The translations under genes were made by a program, and so were the position numbers. From a virus, in the IMG/VR virus record IMGVR_UViG_3300043425_000676, positions 1-64,000 of that record: a DNA stretch of 64,000 nucleotides; one strand, given 5' to 3'. Shown in pieces: positions 55,200-64,000 of the stretch; position 1 is the first letter of the stretch, and every line of letters begins with the position of its first letter. The notes beneath the pieces are model-generated. The model saw only the letters and a list, made by a program, of their open reading frames with translations, made no database searches and was not told the origin of the DNA.

Positions 55200-55403
55200 T
55201 CAATCATTAGCTTTCATGGCGTTGATCTTTTTTCCAAGCACAACCGTCCAATACCAGTTGTATAGATCGGTTGATAAGTAGGATGGATTGGTAATGACGA
55301 CCTTTACGTTACAGGAAGGACACCTGAAAGCAGGGTCTTTTCCGTCTGGAGACGCTACATTTAATTTTGCACTGCAAAAAGAACATTTTATCTCCATCAC
55401 CAA
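55200..55403 (-). CDS. Small Zn-ribbon protein
   Basis: CSFC...CPSC; SD GGAGG. Confidence 0.55.
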   Translation of the reverse strand: MVMEIKCSFCSAKLNVASPDGKDPAFRCPSCNVKVVITNPSYLSTDLYNWYWTVVLGKKINAMKAND

Positions 55404-55440
55404 ACCTCCATAACCGCCGCCCCGAAGTGGTTTGGCAAAA

Positions 55441-55520
55441 GGATCGGGCAGGATTCGAACCTGCTTGGCAACCCGTTAGAGGGCATAGTGCCTATGCATG
55501 TCCCACCACGCCGCCGATCC
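55441..55520 (-). ncRNA. tRNA-like RNA (family copy C)
   Basis: GGATCGG/CCGATCC acceptor, GCGT-GGTGGGAC-ATGC D-arm, GCAGG-TTCGAAT-CCTGC T-arm, irregular anticodon arm containing CTCTAAC. Confidence 0.7.
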
Positions 55521-55527
55521 TGTTTCG

Positions 55528-56202
55528 CTAGTCAATCGATCCGTTAAGCACCGCAATCGGTGCAATCTTTTGGATGTTAACGGGTTGAGCCGAGTTAAGC
55601 ACCGCGACGTTAACCAAGTCGATTCCGGTCGAGTCGGTAGCCGTTGCTGATTGCCCGACGTTTAGGCCGTAGCCAGTCTTGGAAACAAGATCAAGAACAG
55701 AATCCTGCACCGTTCCGAAGGTGGTTTGGCTTGCACGAATGACCGCTTTGGTCGCGGATGTTGAGGTGTTGATGAAGTTGCAATTTGCAATCTGAAAATC
55801 AGTTCGCTGGCAAAACACCAAGTTGTTTGCGTTACTCGAAAAATTGGTGTAAGCCATCGAAAGTCTCGGCCTAACAGTCGATCCGGTTGACGGAACCATG
55901 CCGATCATACCAGGGCTCGTAAGCCCTGCCTGAGTCGTGATCGTAACAGGCTGCGATGCAGTTCCGTTGAGTTGAGCTTCGCCACTACACATGAGCCAGT
56001 ATGTCGTCGTTCTGACCTCGATGTTTACGCCTGGCTCAAAAACAATCTTGCCGCCTGGACTGACTGTTAGCCTAAAATCGACGAAGTAGTTCCCGGCAGG
56101 AATAACTCTCGTTTGACCCCCAAGAACCGTAGCCGACAACCTCGTTTGAGCCTGCGAAACGCTCGCAAGCATTGAAATCAAAAGCAAAGCAAATAGACGC
56201 AT
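55528..56202 (-). CDS. Exported protein, putative parallel beta-helix
   Basis: Signal peptide MRLFALLLISMLASVSQA; LTVSPG..IVFEPGV...GTASQPVTIT. Confidence 0.65.
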   Translation of the reverse strand: MRLFALLLISMLASVSQAQTRLSATVLGGQTRVIPAGNYFVDFRLTVSPGGKIVFEPGVNIEVRTTTYWLMCSGEAQLNGTASQPVTITTQAGLTSPGMIGMVPSTGSTVRPRLSMAYTNFSSNANNLVFCQRTDFQIANCNFINTSTSATKAVIRASQTTFGTVQDSVLDLVSKTGYGLNVGQSATATDSTGIDLVNVAVLNSAQPVNIQKIAPIAVLNGSID

Positions 56203-56241
56203 GATAAAACCTTTCTGTGTGTGAAATGAAACAAATCAAAA

Positions 56242-56297
56242 AGATCGGGCAGGACTTGAACCTGCCAAAGCTTATCAGGCTCGCTCAATGCCGACCC
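56242..56297 (-). ncRNA. D-armless tRNA-like RNA with GAU anticodon loop (family copy D)
   Basis: GGGTCGG-CATTGAGC-GAGC-CTGATAA-GCTT-TG-GCAGG-TTCAAGT-CCTGC-CCGATCT (56 nt). Confidence 0.65.
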
Positions 56298-56304
56298 TCG
56301 CAAC

Positions 56305-56595
56305 TTAGGCAGTTGCCGCCTGTTCAACTTCGCTTTGCATCGGAGGGTGATCAAACGCGGCCTCAAGCAACTCAGTGTAACGCTCGTCGCGTTCCTTCTT
56401 GGTTAGTTTGCTCATCGGCCACACGCGATCTACCATCGCCAGTTTGGCTTGATGCTCGCTAGCCGCAACCACCCACAAGCTAGGGATTTCCCGCATTGCA
56501 AACACCGGCATGTCGCGTTTCCGACTGTCCTTCATTGCCGCTAGTTCATTGTTGTGAACAACCGCATCTCGATTTTCCTTACTCATATTCCTCAA
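56305..56595 (-). CDS. Hypothetical protein
   Basis: 96 aa ORF in the operon. Confidence 0.55.
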   Translation of the reverse strand: MRNMSKENRDAVVHNNELAAMKDSRKRDMPVFAMREIPSLWVVAASEHQAKLAMVDRVWPMSKLTKKERDERYTELLEAAFDHPPMQSEVEQAATA

Positions 56596-56634
56596 TAAAC
56601 CTTTCCAATGAAAACTTTTAACCGTAACTGAAAA

Positions 56635-57477
56635 TTACTTCTTTTTGTTAAGTTGGTCTCGACGACTGTTGTAGGTGCCGCGTACAGCCGTTTTGACTTC
56701 CTCCGACTCGTTGCTTAGCAATGGATCGCTAGCCACAACGTTTAGCTTCTCCATTGAGTCAGCAGCCAGCATTTGCCTACCCCAAAGATCAATGCGGTGG
56801 TTGAAGTGGAACGATCGCACTTGGCTTTGGGTCGCCTTTGGCATCTTGCTCATGTAGTCGTTGAGCATCCCAACTTCATCGCATTGGCGCAATCCATCGA
56901 TCCAGGTTTGCGTATCCTTTGGCAAGCTGTCGTAATCTGGCTCAGCCAACCTTACAGGCGTTGTGTTCTTACTGCTAGATGATTTTGGTGGCGGTGGCTT
57001 GGGTTGCTCTTCAGGCGGTGCTGACTCTCCACCCATTGGGATATTGTCGGCTTCGTTGTCTGGCTGACCTCGTAGGTGGAACGCCGATAGATACGCAGCT
57101 TTGGCAGCATAGCTGATAGCCTTGCCAGTAGCCTTGTCGCTATTGTCCAGACCTTGCCCCCATCCGACGATATCTAGCGTCTCAACAGGGTTGTCGGCAT
57201 TCACAAGCGATATGACGATCAGGCACTCGGCATACCAAGTGGTCTTTGGCTTGCCCCATTTGTCAACCTCTTGCGTGCCCTCCAGTTTGCGATCGCGGAT
57301 CTCTTTGATAAACGCAATCACGCCATGCTCAACCAGAGCCATGCGAAGCTTATCGTCGATATCGTCGATCTTGTGATAGGCATAATGATCTCCGTATGAT
57401 GCCATTCCACTCTTGCCAATCGCACCCATGGTCTTCATCACTTGAACAATGCGCTGATGCAAATTCAAATTACTCAT
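56635..57477 (-). CDS. ERF-family single-strand annealing protein
   Basis: GQGLDNSDKATGKAISYAAKAAYLSAFHL...D ERF signature. Confidence 0.85.
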   Translation of the reverse strand: MSNLNLHQRIVQVMKTMGAIGKSGMASYGDHYAYHKIDDIDDKLRMALVEHGVIAFIKEIRDRKLEGTQEVDKWGKPKTTWYAECLIVISLVNADNPVETLDIVGWGQGLDNSDKATGKAISYAAKAAYLSAFHLRGQPDNEADNIPMGGESAPPEEQPKPPPPKSSSSKNTTPVRLAEPDYDSLPKDTQTWIDGLRQCDEVGMLNDYMSKMPKATQSQVRSFHFNHRIDLWGRQMLAADSMEKLNVVASDPLLSNESEEVKTAVRGTYNSRRDQLNKKK

Positions 57478-58300
57478 CGTTACCTCCAATCAGTGTTAGC
57501 GTGGCGTAAATCTTGCGAGCGATCTCCACTCGCGACCGGAGCGTATCGATGAAGTCATCGTTTCGCTGGAATGTGAAACACTTGATGCGTTGATACTCTG
57601 GCACAAGCGTGCTAGCGGCGTGCATCCTTTCGACCTGAGCGATAGCCTTCTTGTAGTGCGGGTTTTCCTCGTCGCAGTTGAAGCGAAAGTAAAACCGCTT
57701 CTTTTCCTCCTCAACGATCTCAAGCGGAGTGTCAACAAGGATGTGCGCGACTCGAAACATCGATCTGCCAGTCAGAGCCATATACACCTGACCTTGCGCA
57801 TAATACAAAGGATCGGGCTTCTCGGTCTCAAAGAATGTGCGAAGCGACCAAGAGCACTTGATGTCCTCAACCCACTCGTCATCGAGGATGATGTCCGGAG
57901 TTCCGGTGAAGTGATCGTCCTCGAAGGAATCCTCGTTCTTCACGCGAAACTTACCTATCACCTGCCGCGACAAAACGTCAATGGCGGCTTCCTCGCATAA
58001 AAGACCCTTGAGAATCTCGTTGGTGACTACAGGCTCGTCGTACCCGTAGGTGTTCCTGAGCCAGCAATCTCGGATGTAGTTCTTGGCGGTGGATCCAAAC
58101 TTGAACTCACCGTCTCGCTTCTCAACAAGCTCGTCAAGCTCTGCCTGCATAGTAGCAGTCAAAGGCTTGGCACTCGCATCGTTCTTGCGGGCTTCTAGTT
58201 CCTTGAGCCTAGCAAGCTGCTTTTCTGTAATTGCGTTTCCGCCGACCATCAACTGACCGACAGACGACGCACGAAACTTTACTGACGCTGTGTCAGCCAT
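57470..58300 (-). CDS. Phage exonuclease (YqaJ/lambda-exo-like PD-(D/E)XK)
   Basis: FRASS, KG..CE, GTPDII...DIKCSW, YYAQGQVYM. Confidence 0.85.
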   Translation of the reverse strand: MADTASVKFRASSVGQLMVGGNAITEKQLARLKELEARKNDASAKPLTATMQAELDELVEKRDGEFKFGSTAKNYIRDCWLRNTYGYDEPVVTNEILKGLLCEEAAIDVLSRQVIGKFRVKNEDSFEDDHFTGTPDIILDDEWVEDIKCSWSLRTFFETEKPDPLYYAQGQVYMALTGRSMFRVAHILVDTPLEIVEEEKKRFYFRFNCDEENPHYKKAIAQVERMHAASTLVPEYQRIKCFTFQRNDDFIDTLRSRVEIARKIYATLTLIGGNDE

Positions 58301-58414
58301 AGTAGCAAGTCTCCCAAAATGCTATTGAAATTGTCGCCAGACAACAACGTCCAGCACGACAGTATCCTAGCACGCAGACCCCACCATGCAATAGCACCCT
58401 GGGAATTTTTGACG

Positions 58415-61400
58415 TTATTTTTGATTCAATTTTTGCGTAATTTGACGCAATCTTTCGACCAAAGCGTCCTTCATCACAAGTGCCTGACCCTTGCGCTCGT
58501 ACAGGGTTTTGTTGTTCCTGCGCCAATATGCCAGCAGTAGCAGCCTTGCCTCTTCTGGCCCGATCTTGCCGTCGATCATGGTCTTAAGTGCCTTGTCTCT
58601 CTCGGCAACAGCTTTGGCGTAGGTCGTATCGTCCTGGAAGTCCTTGCGTTTTGGATTGGCTGAAGCAGAGTAGACCAGCGATTGTTTGCGTTGCTCTCGG
58701 CGTTGCTTGAATCGCTCAAGTTCATCCTTGGTCAAGAAGTCCTTGTAGCCTGGATCCTTCGAGTCCCATTCCATCGCTTCGAGATCCTTCTCGATCAGCT
58801 TTTTGCGTTCCTCTGCGTTGGCGTTCTTGTACTTGGTCTTAGGCCCATAGGTTCCACCACTCATCCCGAGAATGTTTAGCATGGCGATCGCTGGGCCTTC
58901 TGGCACACCACGAGCCATCAGCGTTTCAACGACTTCCCGTCCAGCCAGAGGGATGAACAGTCCCGTGGTAGCCGTGGCTACCGTTGCTTTGTTGCCAACA
59001 ACATCTTCTCCAGCAATGATGTTGATGCCAGCGGCGGGGATCGGTGCGAGTTTCTTGCGGATAAAGTTGGCTGTCAGATCGAACGTACTATCCTGACCGT
59101 ACTTCTTCTTCTCTCCCCGAATGTCAATAATTTCGCCTTCCATCGTCTTTTTCTGCCCAAGTCCAACTTGAGAAAGGAATGTGACGATTTGACCAAAGCC
59201 GGACAGTGGATCGATTCGCGTCTCTCCAATCTTGAGTTTCATGAAGTCCGTCGATCGCGGATCCAGTTCGACGGTTGGCGATTCCTCATCATCGTCGTCG
59301 TACAGCAATCCTCCGAGTGCCACGGCGGTTGCTAAGAATCCGGCAACACCAAGGGCGTGTCGAGCGTATTCCATGGCGATGAGCCGCTTAACCCTGCCGG
59401 AAACCTTGGCATCCTGAAGCATGTAGAACGGCAACCCTAGATATGCGAAGCGAGACGCGAGGTATCTAGGTGCGAACAAGACGGTGCTGAGGTTTGCCGC
59501 GACCTTGTTATAACTCCCGAAGTCCCCTCTACCTGTCGATACGTTGATAAAATTGGCAATCGCCTTGGCTTCGTCCAGCGTCACCTGACCGTTTGCCCCG
59601 AGGGTATCGACGAAATAGGTAAACAGCCGGAACCGCAAGCCGTTGAGGTAGGTCGTGTAAGCCCTGGCGGACATTGCCACGGGTGTCAAAACCGCCTTGC
59701 TGAACTTGTTGATCTTTGTGCCCTTCTTGCCGATGCCGTCCCTTGCCCATCGACCCATGTAGGCTTCTTCTTGGTTCTGGATCCTGCCAGCACTAGCCGT
59801 AACCTCAAGTTTGGCTTGTACCGCAAACGAATAGAGCCGGTGCTTGCTCATCTGTTCGGCGATATTAAACTCTTCCTCTTGGCTGAAGATAGCCCGTCGC
59901 ATTTCCTTTGCAGCCTCTCTGGCAAGCATTGGGTGAGCGAACGTCCCTGGGCCGCCCTGGCGGAACACCGCCGACAAGTCCATGGATGTCATAATCGCTC
60001 TTGCCAGGAATGAAGTCTCCCGAGCCCAGTCGAAGACCCTCTCTTTGGGGCTCAACTGCGACAATCGCCATTCTGCCGCCAGGCGGAAGAACTCCTCTTT
60101 TATTTCCTCAAGTCGCCTCTTGTGCTTGGTTATCTCGTCGCTTTCGAGTGGGGCTTTCTTGGGTTTTGCTCCAAAGTAGCCGTGCGCCATGCGATCTTCG
60201 TAATCCGCAATCCTGTTTTTCAGGTTGGCGATATAAGCTACCTCTGCTCGCTCTTGAGGGCTCATCTTGGGGTTCTGTTGTGCCTTAATCGCGTCTCTCT
60301 GAGCACGCAACGATTCGAGCTCTGCTTGCTTGGCTTTGAGTTCTGCGCTCGTTACGGGCTCAGCACGACCTCTAGGGGAGAAATCTCCGGTGCGGAGTTG
60401 TTCCGTAACCCTTTCGATCTCCCGATCGGTAGCCCTGAGAGCTGCTGCAAGCCGTTGCTCCTTGGTCGCTCCCTGCCGAGGAAACATCTCGCGGTAGTCT
60501 TTGGTGACTTCCGCTAGGATTCGCTTTTGCTCAGCCAAATCCTTGTCTTTGCTTGCCAAATCGACCTGCGTCTTGGTGATCGGCTTGCCTTCAGCCATAG
60601 CCTTCCGCAAATCCCTGATGCGGTTTGCCGTTGCCCGCATTGCGGCACCAATTGATGTCTTCAGGAGTCCCTGTTCATCCTCGGTGTAAAGGTTACTATT
60701 GCGCTTCATCTCGTTGACTTGTCGCACTAACGCTCGCTCATCGTCGGACATTTCGCGACGCTCGACACCCGTTGCCTTGGGTCGAATACCGGCTTCCAAA
60801 TCCTTGATCTTCGCCATTTGGAGCAACTGACCGTTGATGTCGCGTTGCAATCGCTTGTTTGCGTCTGGAGAAAGCGGGGTAAATTGCCCATATCCGGTCA
60901 GCGCGTCCATTGTCTGCCGCTCGGTGATCTCCGGGTCGATCTCCTGGAGCGATCTCCAGACGGCATCTAGGACGACTTCAACGCGATCTTCTTGATCCGC
61001 CGTGACGATTCCGCTTTCAATAATCGCCATCTCGATCTCACGGGCGATACGGGTAAGCCCCTCAACATCCCCAGGGCTGACCATCGGAATCGGGATTTCA
61101 CCTTGCGCCTTGATCTTCTCCCATGCCGTCGCAAACGCAGCCTGAGCCTGAACAGGCAGTTCGCCACCTATCTCTTTGCGCAAATTGGCTAGCAGTTCAC
61201 CGTAGGAGAATACGCCAGCTTCGACGTATGCCATGACGACACTCTCGGCTTCCTCAGCCATTCGTTCGTCTTCGGTCTGCATCAGCGTGTCAGAGCCACC
61301 CTTGGGCTTGAAGATGCTTGAGAACTTCTTGACGAAGCTCTGTACCGCCGTGGCGGCTTTTTGCCGTGGCTCGCTCTTGGTCTTGGTCTTGGGTGCTTTC

Positions 61401-64000
61401 TTCAAGTCATCGTCGACCACTTGTCGCACACCGTCTTGCCGTTGAAGGTCGGCAATCACCTGCTCGGCTTTCGCCAAGTCGCCCTGAACCTTCGCCAGTT
61501 CCGCAGCCAACTCAGCGATTTGCCTTGTCTGCTCTGCGCTAAGTCTCTCACCGCCGTTGGCAGCCCTGCCCCGACGCAACAACGCAGCACGAGAGAAATC
61601 CGATCGCAAGGTGATTTTCCTGGCTCCAAATGCCCTTGCTTGCAGGGTTCCGATCTTTTTGTCGACCTTCTCCATTTCCTCCATGGCATCCACTATCAGG
61701 TCAACTTCCCTGAGTGCCTTGGCTGCGGCAACGCTGTCTTTTCGGTCTTTGGCTGCAAACAATCGATCTTCAGCGGCTTCGCGAGCGTTTTCCAGCCCCC
61801 GGTAGTGCATTTGCAAAACAGCTACTTCAATCTGGTCTGGGGATCTCAGTTTGTCGTCCAGTTCTTTAACGAGTCGATCGCCGAGGGTAGGATCCTGTCT
61901 GAGCCTGTGCCCAGCTTCCTCCAGCCACTCATCCATTGTCTCGGATTCTGCATCCACCAGCCCTGGCGACCCTCGAAGCAGAGCCATGTAGTTCGCCACT
62001 TCGTTTTGGATGCTCGTCACTGGATTTGCAGGACGCAAGACGGGCTCGCCCCTGGAAACAGGCTCGCCGCCCTTGCCGCCACGCTGGTCGGCTGGCAACC
62101 CTCGCTGAACCAACTTGTCGAACAGATCGCGGATTTCCTTGGGGAGAGGCGTTCCGGTGATCTCTTGCACACCGCTGTAGATTTCTCGCATCCAACGGGA
62201 GATCTTTTGGAACAGCGAATCCAGGACGCTATTCGGGGAGTCACCCTCGTACCAATACTGCTCCCACATCTTGGCGGCTTTTTCTTCCGCCTTCACATCC
62301 CACTTCGTTACCCATTTGCCATTCACAAAGCTTCCAGCACCGCTCGCCTTCTCTAACGCTTCGATTTCCTCATCGGTGATGTCGGCACGCTTTTCGGCTG
62401 GCACGCTCTTGTCGAGCAGGAACAGTCGCATCGGATGGAAGAACTCGTGGATGAACGTCGAGAAGTCAGCCTTGTTTGTGGCTCCGATCAGTGCTCGATG
62501 TGCGCTGATGAACTTCGTCCAGCCCTTGACGCTGCCGCCTTGCTGTTGGTTCTGCATCAAGATGTTCGGGTTGTTCGGGTCGAACATGCCGCGATTGCCG
62601 GTGGCGGACTTGATTTGGGTTGGGCGTAACGCCACCCACACATCCTTCCCTACGCCTCCAACACCTTTGAATCGCTCGTCTTGAACTCCGTCAAAGCCAG
62701 CCTCTTCAAGCTTCTCAATGACAGCATTATTAAATTCCACCCTGTCTTCAATGCCTAAACTTACTACTTCTCTTCGGGCAGCAGCCAGATCCTTCAAGCT
62801 AGCTGGGTTTTTGACACTCAAGTAGAACGGTCTTGTTTTACCAAGAGCTAGTGCGCCAGATTCTTCAGAAGTAAACCAAAAACCCGGAGATACACTGTAA
62901 TTTGCGTCGAATACATCAAACTCTTTATCTGTTCCGTGGTAAACAACCAGAGGTTTTCCGTCCTTGTCCACCACCTTGCTATCGCCAAACCATCGCACAA
63001 AATTCTGCCATGTCGGCTTGCCGTTTGGAGCGATCTTTTCGCCCCACTTGTCTCGAGCGTATGACACGACTGCAGGGCGATAGTCGCTCTCGTTGAACTT
63101 GTATCCTGACGGTTGATCGAAATCTTCTTGTGCCATCGCCTGCCCAGGCACCGGCGTACCATACGGAGCAAACCCGATCTCATTGCGACCGAATGCCGTG
63201 ATGTCTTCGAGCGTAATTCCAGCCTCGATCTGATCATCGGACAGCACCCTACCGAACGCCCTCTTTGCCATCGTGACAACTTGGTCGCGTGTGATGCCCG
63301 AGACTGCTGCCGCCTGCTGCACACCATCCATGCCTGCGACTTCTGCCGCTAAGCGAAGGAAACGGCTCACCTGCAACGTGCGCTCGCGTCCAATGGTCTT
63401 GACCGAGTAGGCAACGAAGTCACGTAGATTGGTGATTCCAGCGTCCTGAGCGGCGATGGAGAGGTTCAACGCCTCCGACCACATATTCTCGTTTACGTCT
63501 GGTGCGGTCTGGTAAAGCGGGGGCGGTAGATTGCGCAGGTTGTCTGAAAGCTCGGCTTGATTCTTTTCGTCATTAGCAGCTTTAGCTTCAACGTATATAG
63601 GTTCTCCTTCCTCGTTCAGAACCTTGCTAGCCTCAATCGCTACAGATTCGCCGTTTTCTTCGTACAAAACGTGCGTGTCAGATCTATAGCCAGTAACAGC
63701 ATGTTCCTCGATGTCATAAGAAACATTTTCTTGCGCAGGCTCACCTGTCATTTGCTCCTTAAACATCTCTGCTTGCATGTCATCAACAGCCTGCCTACCT
63801 GAAGCACGCTTGCGCTTTCGAATATAAATTGAAGTACCGACTGGGGCTATATTCCTAAACCAAGACGGAGAGCCCTCTGGGTTTGCCTCGATCTCTGCGA
63901 CAAGCGACTTGAGTTTCTTCTGCTTTATATCAAGCTGCTCCTGTCGCACAAACGGAAGCTTTGCAGACTCATTAGCCGACTTAACAAACGCCTGCTTTTT
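58415..64000 (-). CDS. C-terminal part of a giant polyvalent ejection protein containing an ADP-ribosyltransferase-like (ART-PolyVal) domain and a HExxH motif
   Basis: Frame open to the window end; NFVRWFGDSKVVDKDGKPLVVYHGT...GFDGV...QIKSATGNRGMFDP; ADFSTFIHEFFH; long helical C-terminus. Confidence 0.85.
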   Translation of the reverse strand, partial: KKQAFVKSANESAKLPFVRQEQLDIKQKKLKSLVAEIEANPEGSPSWFRNIAPVGTSIYIRKRKRASGRQAVDDMQAEMFKEQMTGEPAQENVSYDIEEHAVTGYRSDTHVLYEENGESVAIEASKVLNEEGEPIYVEAKAANDEKNQAELSDNLRNLPPPLYQTAPDVNENMWSEALNLSIAAQDAGITNLRDFVAYSVKTIGRERTLQVSRFLRLAAEVAGMDGVQQAAAVSGITRDQVVTMAKRAFGRVLSDDQIEAGITLEDITAFGRNEIGFAPYGTPVPGQAMAQEDFDQPSGYKFNESDYRPAVVSYARDKWGEKIAPNGKPTWQNFVRWFGDSKVVDKDGKPLVVYHGTDKEFDVFDANYSVSPGFWFTSEESGALALGKTRPFYLSVKNPASLKDLAAARREVVSLGIEDRVEFNNAVIEKLEEAGFDGVQDERFKGVGGVGKDVWVALRPTQIKSATGNRGMFDPNNPNILMQNQQQGGSVKGWTKFISAHRALIGATNKADFSTFIHEFFHPMRLFLLDKSVPAEKRADITDEEIEALEKASGAGSFVNGKWVTKWDVKAEEKAAKMWEQYWYEGDSPNSVLDSLFQKISRWMREIYSGVQEITGTPLPKEIRDLFDKLVQRGLPADQRGGKGGEPVSRGEPVLRPANPVTSIQNEVANYMALLRGSPGLVDAESETMDEWLEEAGHRLRQDPTLGDRLVKELDDKLRSPDQIEVAVLQMHYRGLENAREAAEDRLFAAKDRKDSVAAAKALREVDLIVDAMEEMEKVDKKIGTLQARAFGARKITLRSDFSRAALLRRGRAANGGERLSAEQTRQIAELAAELAKVQGDLAKAEQVIADLQRQDGVRQVVDDDLKKAPKTKTKSEPRQKAATAVQSFVKKFSSIFKPKGGSDTLMQTEDERMAEEAESVVMAYVEAGVFSYGELLANLRKEIGGELPVQAQAAFATAWEKIKAQGEIPIPMVSPGDVEGLTRIAREIEMAIIESGIVTADQEDRVEVVLDAVWRSLQEIDPEITERQTMDALTGYGQFTPLSPDANKRLQRDINGQLLQMAKIKDLEAGIRPKATGVERREMSDDERALVRQVNEMKRNSNLYTEDEQGLLKTSIGAAMRATANRIRDLRKAMAEGKPITKTQVDLASKDKDLAEQKRILAEVTKDYREMFPRQGATKEQRLAAALRATDREIERVTEQLRTGDFSPRGRAEPVTSAELKAKQAELESLRAQRDAIKAQQNPKMSPQERAEVAYIANLKNRIADYEDRMAHGYFGAKPKKAPLESDEITKHKRRLEEIKEEFFRLAAEWRLSQLSPKERVFDWARETSFLARAIMTSMDLSAVFRQGGPGTFAHPMLAREAAKEMRRAIFSQEEEFNIAEQMSKHRLYSFAVQAKLEVTASAGRIQNQEEAYMGRWARDGIGKKGTKINKFSKAVLTPVAMSARAYTTYLNGLRFRLFTYFVDTLGANGQVTLDEAKAIANFINVSTGRGDFGSYNKVAANLSTVLFAPRYLASRFAYLGLPFYMLQDAKVSGRVKRLIAMEYARHALGVAGFLATAVALGGLLYDDDDEESPTVELDPRSTDFMKLKIGETRIDPLSGFGQIVTFLSQVGLGQKKTMEGEIIDIRGEKKKYGQDSTFDLTANFIRKKLAPIPAAGINIIAGEDVVGNKATVATATTGLFIPLAGREVVETLMARGVPEGPAIAMLNILGMSGGTYGPKTKYKNANAEERKKLIEKDLEAMEWDSKDPGYKDFLTKDELERFKQRREQRKQSLVYSASANPKRKDFQDDTTYAKAVAERDKALKTMIDGKIGPEEARLLLLAYWRRNNKTLYERKGQALVMKDALVERLRQITQKLNQK

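Noticed and set aside
55441-55520. Amber suppressor tRNA and a TAG-recoded genetic code
   Set aside because: The CUA loop sits on a 2-bp stem. Core genes (terL, capsid, subtilase) end cleanly in TAG, and long ORFs are intact under the standard code.
10300-58900. Frequent GCGATCGC/CGATCG read as cyanobacterial HIP1
   Set aside because: No cyanophage marker genes, and the accessory genes look planctomycete-like. Enrichment was not computed and CGATCG richness alone is not diagnostic.
1-64000. CRISPR array, diversity-generating retroelement, retron or group I/II intron
   Set aside because: No regularly spaced repeats, no reverse transcriptase, no TR/VR pair and no interrupted core gene seen.

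Overview
The window looks like most of a circularly permuted tailed-phage genome of podovirus type. It has a terminase, portal, major capsid, nozzle-like and adaptor proteins and large ejection proteins, with no tape measure or sheath. Accessory genes (RimI-like GNAT, GYF_2/DUF4282-like membrane protein, Cys-tipped exported proteins) point to a Planctomycetota host, which is an inference. Layout: (i) a minus-strand late/structural operon from 28.7 kb to base 1, probably continuing into a giant polyvalent ejection protein at 58.4-64 kb; (ii) a minus-strand accessory block at 28.9-41.8 kb with two DNA methylases, a MazG-like protein, a fatty-acid hydroxylase and a cluster of tRNA-like RNAs, plus a lone plus-strand serine resolvase; (iii) a plus-strand early/host-takeover operon at 42.1-51.0 kb; (iv) a minus-strand recombination/replication operon at 51.1-58.3 kb (exonuclease, ERF, SF2 helicase, primase, SSB). 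No DNA polymerase, integrase, repressor or classical endolysin was recognised. Best leads: (1) The early operon is punctuated by structured RNAs placed right after stop codons. These include two covarying pistol-ribozyme cores that lack the P1 hairpin, one full-topology pistol, and a repeated unclassified pseudoknot. (2) A dispersed family of tRNA mimics shares acceptor and T arms but has radically variable cores. (3) An Erv/ALR-type sulfhydryl-oxidase domain is fused to two glycosyltransferase domains next to Cys-rich tail genes. (4) A subtilase sits where a lysis cassette is expected. All calls are by eye; no searches or folding programs were run.
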